From an uncultured Planctomycetia bacterium (GTDB lineage Bacteria; Omnitrophota; Gorgyraeia; Tantalellales; Tantalellaceae), in the NCBI GenBank assembly GCA_964409365.1, contig CAYPCX010000001.1:684-64683 (forward strand): DNA of 64,000 nt, read 5' to 3'. The stretch's first letter is position 1. Each line of letters begins with the position of its first letter. The position numbers were made by a program, and so were the translations under genes. Below the pieces are notes generated by a model. That model was not told where the DNA came from. It searched no databases and saw nothing but the letters and a program-made list of their open reading frames with translations. Shown in pieces: positions 21,510-30,157 of this stretch.

Positions 21510-22817
21510 ATGTCAAGAAATGTTCCGAAGTTGTTAATAGCGGATAAAAAGGGTGAGATCTTCGATGTCCCGCATCTGGAAGCCACGGGGATGAAGGGAG
21601 GGGAATATTTCCGTCTCGGCCGCGAAGACCTCGTGAAGCTCCATCCCGACAGCGAATTGTTCATGCTGCCGCACAGGAGGCCGGTCGGGTATGATCCCGG
21701 GGCAGGCCGGTTCGTGGAGCTGGAAAAAGCTCCCGTTTCCGGCAGGGACCGGCCGTGTTACGCGGTGTCGGCTTTTCTTGCCCCCGGGTACACGGTGACT
21801 TATAACGCTTCTTACCGCGAACGCGCGGGAACGAAGATACTCCCGCTTTTCAGTTATGCCGCCGTCGCTTTCTATAAAGGGGAGTTCTACGCGGCCGGTG
21901 TCCGCGTGGACAGGGAAAAACGCCAGGAGCTCGGCGGTATGGACTTAGGTCTTATCCGCAGGAATGTAAAGGCCTTTCGTAAGATATTCCCTAAGAACCG
22001 CCTGGTCAGGCACCTTGAGAGGTGCGCGCTTGTCTACGGCTGTCCCGCGGCAAGGAATTTCTTCCTCAAGAGATATGAATGTCCCCTGCCGACCTCGCCG
22101 ACCTGTAACGCCAGGTGCATCGGGTGCATATCATACCAAAAAGGGAGGGACTGTTCCGTTACCCAGCCCAGGATACTTTTCGTGCCTACCCCGGAAGAGG
22201 TCGCGGAGATCGCGCTTTTCCATATCGAAAAAGTGAAAGATCCCGTGGTAAGTTTCGGCCAGGGGTGTGAGGGCGAGCCGTTGATGGTGGGGAACGTGCT
22301 GGTGGACTCGGTAAAACTTATAAGGAAAAAGACCGCCAAAGGCATGATCAATCTCAACACGAACGCCAGCAAGCCGGACGTTATAAACCGGCTTTTTGAC
22401 GAAGGGCTGGATTCTATCCGCGTCAGCATGAACAGTTTTCGCCGGCCGTATTACGATGCTTATTATATCCCCAGAGGTTACGCGTTCAGTGACGTCCTTT
22501 CGTCCATACGAGAGGCCGGGAAGAGGGGAGGGTTCGTCTCGATCAACTATCTGGTGATGCCCGGGTTCAACGATTCACGGCCGGAAGTGAACGCCCTGCG
22601 CCGTTTTCTTGATAAAAGAGGAGCGGATATGATACAATGGCGCAACCTTAATTACGACCCGCTCAGGTATTTCAGGAGACTGCGGGTTTTCGTTAAAAGA
22701 GAGGAGATGATGGGGATAGATACCCTTATAGGTATGGTCAAAGATGAGTATCCGGGTATGATGCACGGGTATTTTAATCCCTCGAAAGGAAGGATGCGCC
22801 GCCACAGGTCGATATGA
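21510..22817 (+). CDS. Radical SAM protein of unknown function
   Basis: CNARCIGC motif, SFGQGCEGEPL, NLNTNAS; start is 21489 or 21510. Confidence 0.85.
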   Translation: MSRNVPKLLIADKKGEIFDVPHLEATGMKGGEYFRLGREDLVKLHPDSELFMLPHRRPVGYDPGAGRFVELEKAPVSGRDRPCYAVSAFLAPGYTVTYNASYRERAGTKILPLFSYAAVAFYKGEFYAAGVRVDREKRQELGGMDLGLIRRNVKAFRKIFPKNRLVRHLERCALVYGCPAARNFFLKRYECPLPTSPTCNARCIGCISYQKGRDCSVTQPRILFVPTPEEVAEIALFHIEKVKDPVVSFGQGCEGEPLMVGNVLVDSVKLIRKKTAKGMINLNTNASKPDVINRLFDEGLDSIRVSMNSFRRPYYDAYYIPRGYAFSDVLSSIREAGKRGGFVSINYLVMPGFNDSRPEVNALRRFLDKRGADMIQWRNLNYDPLRYFRRLRVFVKREEMMGIDTLIGMVKDEYPGMMHGYFNPSKGRMRRHRSI

Positions 22818-23725
22818 GGAAGTACGGGTATTGTCTTATATTTTTGTTGCTTACGTTTATTGCCGGCTGTACAGTCCGGGAAGAACCTATCGTGGTGCAG
22901 GTGGACGCCAAGGCCGCGGTGATCGCCGAGGCGAAGAACGGGGAAGTGCTGTACGAGAAGGATCCCGGTAAAAGATACCCGCCCGCTTCGACGACAAAAG
23001 TGATGACGGCTATTGTAGCCATAGAGAAGATGTCGCTTAACAAGTATATCAAAGCGGGCAAAAAAGTGAGTAAAGTGGAACCGACGGTAGCCGGGCTCGA
23101 GCCGGGGGTCAAATATCGCTTGAAGGACCTTCTTGCCGCCATACTCATCAAATCCGCCAACGACGCCGCTCTGGCCATAGCCGAAGGGGTAGCGGGCAGC
23201 GAGGAGAAATTCGTCCGCCTCATGAACACCAGGGCCAGGAAACTGGGCATGGATGACACATATTTTGCCACTCCTTCGGGGCTCCCGACCGGGAAAAAGG
23301 ACTCGCAATACACGACCGCGCGCGACCTGGCCAAAATGATGCGTTACGCCAGGCGTTACGAGATCATTCTTGAACTTATGGCGCAGAAGGAAGCGGACAT
23401 ATACGGATCGGATGGCAGGAAAATACACCTGAAGACGCATAATAAATCCCTCTTCTGGAGCGACGACGCTCCCTGGGGCAAGACGGGATATACCAGGGAA
23501 GCGCGCCGGACCTTCGTCGGGATAGACCCTTCACTTAAGCCCAGGATAGTGTTCTCCCTTCTTAAATCCGATGATCTCTGGAAAGACATCACCATGCTTA
23601 AGAATAAGGGGCTCGAACTGTACGAACGCAAGCACAGGACCTTCTTGTCCGACCTTATTGACTGGATAAGTTCTCAAAGGCGACGCGGCCGCGAAGCGCT
23701 AAAACTGCTGTATTCCACGACCTGA
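22814..23725 (+). CDS. D-alanyl-D-alanine carboxypeptidase (peptidase S11), probable lipoprotein
   Basis: PASTTK (SxxK), SAND (SxN), GKTGYT; lipobox-like IAGC. Confidence 0.9.
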   Translation: MRKYGYCLIFLLLTFIAGCTVREEPIVVQVDAKAAVIAEAKNGEVLYEKDPGKRYPPASTTKVMTAIVAIEKMSLNKYIKAGKKVSKVEPTVAGLEPGVKYRLKDLLAAILIKSANDAALAIAEGVAGSEEKFVRLMNTRARKLGMDDTYFATPSGLPTGKKDSQYTTARDLAKMMRYARRYEIILELMAQKEADIYGSDGRKIHLKTHNKSLFWSDDAPWGKTGYTREARRTFVGIDPSLKPRIVFSLLKSDDLWKDITMLKNKGLELYERKHRTFLSDLIDWISSQRRRGREALKLLYSTT

Positions 23726-23756
23726 CACCGGGACAGCTCTCGGATTTCTCCTCATA

Positions 23757-23985
23757 AGGGATAATCCACATTCCTCATTCGCCCGGGATTTTTTAACCCT
23801 GTTAGAGAGTACTCTCTAACAGGGTTAATGCGTTTTTCTAACTGTTTCAAAGGGCGTAAAAGAACTCCCCAGCACTAATTTTGCAAAAATTAATGCTGGC
23901 TCAAACAGCTTTTACGCTTTTTCCTTTAAAAAGTTATAAAAACGCTAAAATCCCGGAACGCTCATTCGGAACATGGCTTATCCCT
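23757..23985. repeat. Long composite hairpin containing a nested perfect 36-bp palindrome (23793-23828)
   Basis: agggataa/ttatccct, ccgggatttt/aaaatcccgg and gcgtaaaa/ttttacgc stems; ttaaccctgttagagagtactctctaacagggttaa. Confidence 0.88.
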
Positions 23986-24037
23986 CTTGAGACGAAAGAC
24001 GTTTTCGCTGTCTACTATAGTTTTTATCTTGACTGAT

Positions 24038-24225
24038 AAGGGTGTAAGCAGCTTTCGAGTGAATGTGATTTTCAGCTGAATTTTATAACTGTTTTGGGAA
24101 TCCTGCACCGAAAAGGTGCAGGGCGCCGTCATCCTGTTAAGGCCGAGTTCTGCCGGCGCCAAAATCAGTTCGAAAATTCAGCGTAAAGAAAATCGCTCTG
24201 AACGAGAAAAGTTGCTTATACCCTT
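24038..24225. other. Long branched hairpin (structured RNA or non-autonomous element)
   Basis: aagggtgtaagcagcttt/aaagttgcttataccctt, gctgaatttt/aaaattcagc, cctgcacc-gaaaa-ggtgcagg. Confidence 0.7.
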
Positions 24226-24300
24226 GTAAGGCAGAAGAAAACAGGAAGCTGGCCCTTATTTTGCCCGGCCTGTGACCTGACACCCGACACCTGAATTATC

Positions 24301-24330
24301 TTGACTAATATATATAATTAAAAGTAATAT
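24301..24330 (+). promoter_or_regulatory. Candidate sigma70 promoter of the glycogen cluster
   Basis: TTGACT-N18-TAATAT just upstream of ATG 24339. Confidence 0.4.
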
Positions 24331-24338
24331 ATTGCCCT

Positions 24339-27300
24339 ATGGAGAAAACATTTTCGGTGGCGTTCCTCTGGCACATGCACCAGCCCATGTACAAGGACCT
24401 TGTGACGGGCAGGTATCATCTTCCCTGGATACGTCTGCACTCCACATATTCATATCTCGATATGCCCTCCATATTGGAGGAGTTCCCGGATATAAAAGCG
24501 ACCTTCAACCTTACGCCTTCTCTCATATGGCAGCTCCGGGACATGTCGTCGGAAGAAAGAATAGATGATGTTTATCTTGATCTCTCGGAGAAGGCCGCGC
24601 GTGAACTTACCGAAGAAGATAAGTGCTTCCTTCTGAAGAACTTCTTCTCATGCGATATGAGCAGGGGGGATTTCCCGCTGAAAAGGTACAAGGACCTCTT
24701 CTTGAGGAGAGGGGAGGACCTGAAAGAGGCCGCGCTCAGAAAAAAGATAAAGAATTTCAGCAACAATGATTTCAGGGACCTGCAGGTCTTTTTTAACCTG
24801 ATCTGGTGCGGTTTTACCTTGAGGAAGAAAGACGGCCTTGTAAAAGAACTCATGCATAAAGGACACGGCTACAGGGAAGATGAGAAAAAGGCGCTTCTCG
24901 GCCGGCAGAAAGAGGTGGTAGGTTCCATTATACCGCTATATAAGCGGCTGCAGGACGAAGGCAGGATAGAGATATCGACATCGCCGTTCTACCATCCCAT
25001 CATGCCGCTTCTGTGCCGCGGCAGATCGAAGGAAGGGTTCGATTTCCGCCAGGACCTGGAAATACAGGTTTCGAGGGCCGTTGAACTGTGCGAAGAGGTG
25101 TTCGGCAGGAAACCGGCCGGCATGTGGCCATCCGAGGGAAGCGTGAGCCAGGATATCATACCCGTCATGGCGGAGAACGGGATAAAGTGGATAGCCACGG
25201 ACGAGGGTATATTACAGGAATCTTTCAAAGGCGAGGGTGTCCCGCGCGACGAGCTGATCTACAAGGCGTTCACCGTGGAAGAGAACGGCAGGAAGCTGGA
25301 CATGGTCTTCAGGGACATCAATATATCCAACGCCATAAGTTTCAGGTACGCGAGCCTCGCCGCGGAAAAAGCTTCCGGAGAGATGCTCGAAGATATCAGG
25401 GGCATCGCGCGGGTCATGGAGACGCGTGAAGGGGAACATGTCGCGGCGGTGATACTTGACGGGGAGAACCCGTGGCCTTATTACCCGGACGGCGGGAAAA
25501 AGTTCCTCTCGGAAGTGTACGGCCGGCTTTCTTCGGAAAAAGATATCAAGACCGTTACGGTCGGGGGTTATCTGGCTTCACACGGCGAACGGAAAAAGAT
25601 CGACAAGCTCTATGCCGGTTCCTGGATAGACAGGAATTTCCGAAAGTGGATAGGTTCTCCCCAGAAGAACAAGGCCTGGGAGTATCTGGAGAAGACCAGG
25701 AAGGAACTTCTGGGTTCCGGCCGCCCCGACGGAAAAGCCCTTGAAGAGCTTTATATAGCGGAAGGCAGCGACTGGTTCTGGTGGTATGACGACTTCGGCA
25801 GCGAACTCAATTTCGTTTTTGACGACCTTTTTAGGCTGCATCTGGCGAACGTCTACAGGATCATGGGGAGGAAAGTGCCGCATTATCTTGAAAAACCCAT
25901 AATCGCCGGGCCGACGGCCCGGAAGTTGCCGGAAGCCGCGGGACCGATGGAGATGGCGCGTTACCCGAAGGTACTTTTCGTTTCCTCGGAGGTGTTCCCG
26001 TTCTCAAAGACGGGAGGCCTGGCGGATGTTTCCGCCAGTTTACCCGGGGAACTGGCTTCGCTGGGCTGTGAAGTAAGGGTCATGACGCCGTTCTACAGGT
26101 GCGTAGCGAAGGGTAGATTCGGCATAGAAAGAGAAACGCGGAGGATAAAAGGCGAGATCATGGGCCGCATGCCCGGGTTCGACCTTTATTCCCGCAAGAG
26201 CGGCGGGGTGATCACATATTTCATAGCTAACAGGAAATATTTCGCCCGCAGGGGATTATACGGTTCGAGTAAGGGGGACTACAGGGACAACGGCCTCCGG
26301 TTCGGCTTTTTCGCAAGAGCCGTTCTCGCCGCGCTCAAGGCCGTCAACTTCAAACCTGATGTCATACACTGCAACGACTGGCAAACGGCGCTCATACCGT
26401 TCTATCTCATGTTCGGTTTGAGAGAGGACGATCTTTTCAGGGACGCGGGCACGCTTTTCACCATCCACAACATGGCCTACCAGGGGGTCTTCAGTAAGAA
26501 AATAATGAAGAAGCTGGGCATTCCCGAAAGGCTCTTTAACATGAACGACCTGGAGTTCTACGGAAAGGTCAATTTCATGAAATCCGGGATACTTTATTCC
26601 GATGCCGTGAGCACGGTGAGCCACAAGTACGCGGAGGAGATAATGACCCCGGAATACGGCTGCGGCCTGGACGGACTTTTGAGGACCAGAAAAGACGTGC
26701 TTTACGGGATACCTAACGGCGTCGATTATTCGGTCTGGAGCCCGAAAGCCGACCGGTTCATCAGCGACAATTACGACGCGGGAAGCGTCGATAAAAAGCT
26801 AGATTGCAAGAGAGACCTTCTCGATCATGTCCAGCTGAAAGTCCCGCTTGACAAGCCGCTTCTGGGCTGTGTGACGCGCCTGGCGGAGCAAAAGGGCATG
26901 GACCTTTTAGCCGGCATCGTGGAAAAAATAGTGCAAACGGGCGCGGGAATGGTGGTCCTGGGCAGGGGCAGCCGGTACTATAACAACCTTTTTCACGGCC
27001 TGGCCAGGAAGTATCCTCAGAACGTGTATGCCTGCAGTGATTTCAACGACGAGCTCGCGCATAAGATAGAGGCGGGGTGCGATATTTTCGTGATGCCGTC
27101 GCGTTATGAGCCCTGCGGGCTCAACCACATGTACAGCATAAAATACGGTACAATACCCGTGGTAAGAGCGACCGGCGGACTGGACGACGTGATAATCGAC
27201 TTTGACGAGGACCGGGACCATGGTAACGGTTTCAAGTTCGGTCCCGCGGAAGGGGAAGCCCTTTTAAAGGCCATTAAAAGGGCCGTTGACGTCTATGGCG

Positions 27301-27425
27301 ACAAAGGCCTTTGGAGAAAGCTCATGGTCCAGGCCATGGGATATGATTTTTCGTGGGCGCGTTCAGCCAAACAATACCTCCAACTATACAAAAAAATAAT
27401 GGAAGAGAGAACAAGTGAAAGCTGA
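24339..27425 (+). CDS. Fusion: GH57 (amylopullulanase-like) N-terminal half + GT5 glycogen synthase (GlgA) C-terminal half
   Basis: LWHMHQP, FYHPI, WPSEG, DGENPW, AEGSDWFWW, then SEVFPFSKTGGLADV, HCNDWQ, TIHN, RLAEQKG, MPSRYEPCGL, TGGL.D. Confidence 0.92.
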   Translation: MEKTFSVAFLWHMHQPMYKDLVTGRYHLPWIRLHSTYSYLDMPSILEEFPDIKATFNLTPSLIWQLRDMSSEERIDDVYLDLSEKAARELTEEDKCFLLKNFFSCDMSRGDFPLKRYKDLFLRRGEDLKEAALRKKIKNFSNNDFRDLQVFFNLIWCGFTLRKKDGLVKELMHKGHGYREDEKKALLGRQKEVVGSIIPLYKRLQDEGRIEISTSPFYHPIMPLLCRGRSKEGFDFRQDLEIQVSRAVELCEEVFGRKPAGMWPSEGSVSQDIIPVMAENGIKWIATDEGILQESFKGEGVPRDELIYKAFTVEENGRKLDMVFRDINISNAISFRYASLAAEKASGEMLEDIRGIARVMETREGEHVAAVILDGENPWPYYPDGGKKFLSEVYGRLSSEKDIKTVTVGGYLASHGERKKIDKLYAGSWIDRNFRKWIGSPQKNKAWEYLEKTRKELLGSGRPDGKALEELYIAEGSDWFWWYDDFGSELNFVFDDLFRLHLANVYRIMGRKVPHYLEKPIIAGPTARKLPEAAGPMEMARYPKVLFVSSEVFPFSKTGGLADVSASLPGELASLGCEVRVMTPFYRCVAKGRFGIERETRRIKGEIMGRMPGFDLYSRKSGGVITYFIANRKYFARRGLYGSSKGDYRDNGLRFGFFARAVLAALKAVNFKPDVIHCNDWQTALIPFYLMFGLREDDLFRDAGTLFTIHNMAYQGVFSKKIMKKLGIPERLFNMNDLEFYGKVNFMKSGILYSDAVSTVSHKYAEEIMTPEYGCGLDGLLRTRKDVLYGIPNGVDYSVWSPKADRFISDNYDAGSVDKKLDCKRDLLDHVQLKVPLDKPLLGCVTRLAEQKGMDLLAGIVEKIVQTGAGMVVLGRGSRYYNNLFHGLARKYPQNVYACSDFNDELAHKIEAGCDIFVMPSRYEPCGLNHMYSIKYGTIPVVRATGGLDDVIIDFDEDRDHGNGFKFGPAEGEALLKAIKRAVDVYGDKGLWRKLMVQAMGYDFSWARSAKQYLQLYKKIMEERTSES

Positions 27426-29454
27426 CCTGGCGATAGCGCTGCATTTTCACCAGCCGGTAGGCAACTTCGACCATATCATCGAACGGGCCTGCGACAAGTG
27501 CTATATCCCTTTTCTCGGGACGCTTAAGGAATACCCCGACATAAAGATGACCTTCCACTTTACCGGTTGTCTGCTGGAATGGGTGGAGAGAAAAAGACCC
27601 GAGCTGATCGCGGCCATACGCTCGATGGCCGGGAGCGGCCAGGTGGAGATCATGAGCGGGGGGTTCTATGAGCCGATACTCCCTTCGATCCCTCCGGAGG
27701 ACAGGATCTCGCAGATATCCATGCTGACGAGATATGTGAAGGAGAACTTCGGGTATGGACCGAAAGGGGCCTGGATCGCGGAAAGGGTGTGGGAACCGCA
27801 ATTGCCTTCGGTCCTTCATGATGCGGGCATAAAATACATCATACTGGATGACACCCATTTTCTTTGTTCCGGTATTACCAAAGACGCGACGTACGGTTAT
27901 TATATTACCGAGGATAACGCGAAACCCATCGCTGTTTTCCCGTCCGACAAGGTCCTAAGATATTATATTCCCTTCAAAATGCCGGCCGAGAGCATGGATT
28001 ACATGCGCCGTACTTTTCATGAGAAAGGAGGAGCGACCTTTATATACGGCGATGACGGCGAGAAGTTCGGCGAGTGGCCGGGCACCCACAAGTGGGTCTT
28101 CCAGGAGAAGTGGCTCGAGAAGTTCTTTGACGAGATCATGGCCAACCGCGGGTGGCTGAGCACGCTGACGCTTTCGGAATGCCTGGAAGAGAACGATCCG
28201 CTCGGGCGCGTGTACCTTCCCACTACTTCCTATGAAGAGATGCTTGAATGGTCAGGCGGTTTCTGGCGTAATTTTTTCGCCAGGTATCCTGAATCCAACC
28301 ACATGAATAAGAAGATGATCCATGTCAGCAGAAAGATGGAAGCGCTGCGCAAAAAAAAGAAAAAAGGCCCACGGCTTGCCGAGGCGGAAAAAGATCTCTT
28401 CCGCGGGCAGTGCAACTGCGCCTACTGGCACGGTATCTTCGGGGGGCTGTACCTCTTTCACCTGAGGAGGGCGATCTACCGCCACCTGATAAAGAGCGAG
28501 GCGGCGATGGACGGTCTTCTTTACGGGGGACGCCGGTTTTGCAGGACGACCGTGCTTGATCTTGATGCCGACGGGCACGACGAAGTGATAATGGAGAACA
28601 GGGAACTGGCCCTTTATCTGGCTCCGGCGGAGGGAGGCGCGCTGAAGGAACTCGATTCAAAAAAGGCCTGCCATAACTTTATCAATACCCTTGCCCGGAG
28701 GGAGGAGCCCTACCACAAGAAAATACTCGGAAAGGCCGGCCAAGTAGAAGGCTCGGCCGGCGGGGTCAGGACGATACATGACGATATACAGGTGTTTGAC
28801 GAGACACTGAAGGAAAACCTCGTCTATGACAGGTACGGGCGTTACGGTCTTATCGATCATTTCCTGGACGCGGGCGCCACGATCGAAACCTTTTCGCGGT
28901 GTGATCATAACGAGGCGGGAGATTTTGTCCGGGGGAATTATGCGTTTGAGGTGAAAAAATCCAGGAAAGGCAAAATATTGACCCTGAACAGAGAAGGACT
29001 GGTGGGACCCTACCCCGTAGAGCTCGTAAAGGAAGTGACCCTCCCGGTGGCGGGTTCTTCATTCCTTGTGAAATACGTCATTTTCAATAAAAGTGAAAAA
29101 GAACTCGACCTCGTGTTCGGGCCGGAGTTCAACATCACGATGCCGGATTCCGATTCAGAAAGGTACACCCTTTGCGTAGATGACAGGGAAGAAGGCAGCC
29201 GTCTTACCGCCCGTGTCGCGTATAACGATGTCGGCAAGGTGGTTATCCGGGACGCCCAGGGTGAACTCTCTTTTGAACTTAAACCCAGCCGGAGGTGCCG
29301 GTTATGGCATTTTCCGGTAAGGACGGTCTCCCAGTCGGAGAAGGCATATGAGTTGAATTACCAGGGATCGTCCATCTTTCCGCACCTCGGGATCCGGCTT
29401 GGCCCGGGAGCCAGGGACGGGTTCGATCTCGGGGTTAATATTTTACCCCATTAG
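27415..29454 (+). CDS. GH57 4-alpha-glucanotransferase / alpha-amylase
   Basis: HFHQPVGN, GGFYEPIL, AERVWEP, DDGEKFG.WP, QCNCAYWHG, TVSQSE motifs. Confidence 0.9.
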   Translation: MKADLAIALHFHQPVGNFDHIIERACDKCYIPFLGTLKEYPDIKMTFHFTGCLLEWVERKRPELIAAIRSMAGSGQVEIMSGGFYEPILPSIPPEDRISQISMLTRYVKENFGYGPKGAWIAERVWEPQLPSVLHDAGIKYIILDDTHFLCSGITKDATYGYYITEDNAKPIAVFPSDKVLRYYIPFKMPAESMDYMRRTFHEKGGATFIYGDDGEKFGEWPGTHKWVFQEKWLEKFFDEIMANRGWLSTLTLSECLEENDPLGRVYLPTTSYEEMLEWSGGFWRNFFARYPESNHMNKKMIHVSRKMEALRKKKKKGPRLAEAEKDLFRGQCNCAYWHGIFGGLYLFHLRRAIYRHLIKSEAAMDGLLYGGRRFCRTTVLDLDADGHDEVIMENRELALYLAPAEGGALKELDSKKACHNFINTLARREEPYHKKILGKAGQVEGSAGGVRTIHDDIQVFDETLKENLVYDRYGRYGLIDHFLDAGATIETFSRCDHNEAGDFVRGNYAFEVKKSRKGKILTLNREGLVGPYPVELVKEVTLPVAGSSFLVKYVIFNKSEKELDLVFGPEFNITMPDSDSERYTLCVDDREEGSRLTARVAYNDVGKVVIRDAQGELSFELKPSRRCRLWHFPVRTVSQSEKAYELNYQGSSIFPHLGIRLGPGARDGFDLGVNILPH

Positions 29455-29469
29455 TATATAAGATTTATA

Positions 29470-29498
29470 TTGACGGTTAAAGCCCGGAGAGTTAAAAT
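29470..29498 (+). promoter_or_regulatory. Candidate sigma70 promoter
   Basis: TTGACG-N17-TAAAAT upstream of the DUF4912 gene. Confidence 0.55.
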
Positions 29499-29564
29499 CT
29501 AATACGCGATAAGTTTAATAGGCGCACGCCCTTGACATATTTTTTTCAACTGAAAGAGGCCTGG

Positions 29565-30155
29565 ATGGAAAAACCGCATGCTTCAGCCGATCATTCAACG
29601 ATCCGCGACATCCCGCACGGTTATGGTGATAACAGGATAGTATTGATGGCGCGAGACCCCTGGACGCTTTTTTCTTACTGGGAAGTAGCAAAAAAAGTCG
29701 AAGATGAAGTAAAGCGGAAGATAAACGAGAACGGCGAGACACCGGACAAAAGCCTCCTCCGCGTGTACGATGTGACCGGCTGCGCTTCGGATGCAGAGTA
29801 CGAAGTCCTCTTCGACTTCGAACTGAGGGACTGGGCCAACAACTGGTATATACATGCCGGCCGGCCCGGTAGAGAATGGATGGCCGATATAGGGATATTG
29901 TCGTCTTCCGGCAGGTTTTACACGCTCGCCAGGTCCAACGTTGTCAAGAGTCCCGTTTACGGCATGTCCGGGGAATACGACGAAGAGTGGATGTGCCCCG
30001 AAGACCTCTACTATAAAATGTTCGCTTTCGATGTGGGGAAAAGCTCCATGGAGATGAAGGAGATACTGAACCGCCATCTCAGGGGCTGGTTCTTTTCCGG
30101 AGGGATATCCTCGGGCATGTTCGGCAGCGGAGAACTTTTCACGCATAAAAGGTGA
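29565..30155 (+). CDS. DUF4912-domain protein
   Basis: PHGYGDNRIVLMARDPWTLFSYWE, LRVYDVT, WYI, ARSN; typical partner of GH57 branching enzymes. Confidence 0.85.
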   Translation: MEKPHASADHSTIRDIPHGYGDNRIVLMARDPWTLFSYWEVAKKVEDEVKRKINENGETPDKSLLRVYDVTGCASDAEYEVLFDFELRDWANNWYIHAGRPGREWMADIGILSSSGRFYTLARSNVVKSPVYGMSGEYDEEWMCPEDLYYKMFAFDVGKSSMEMKEILNRHLRGWFFSGGISSGMFGSGELFTHKR

Positions 30156-30157
30156 AC

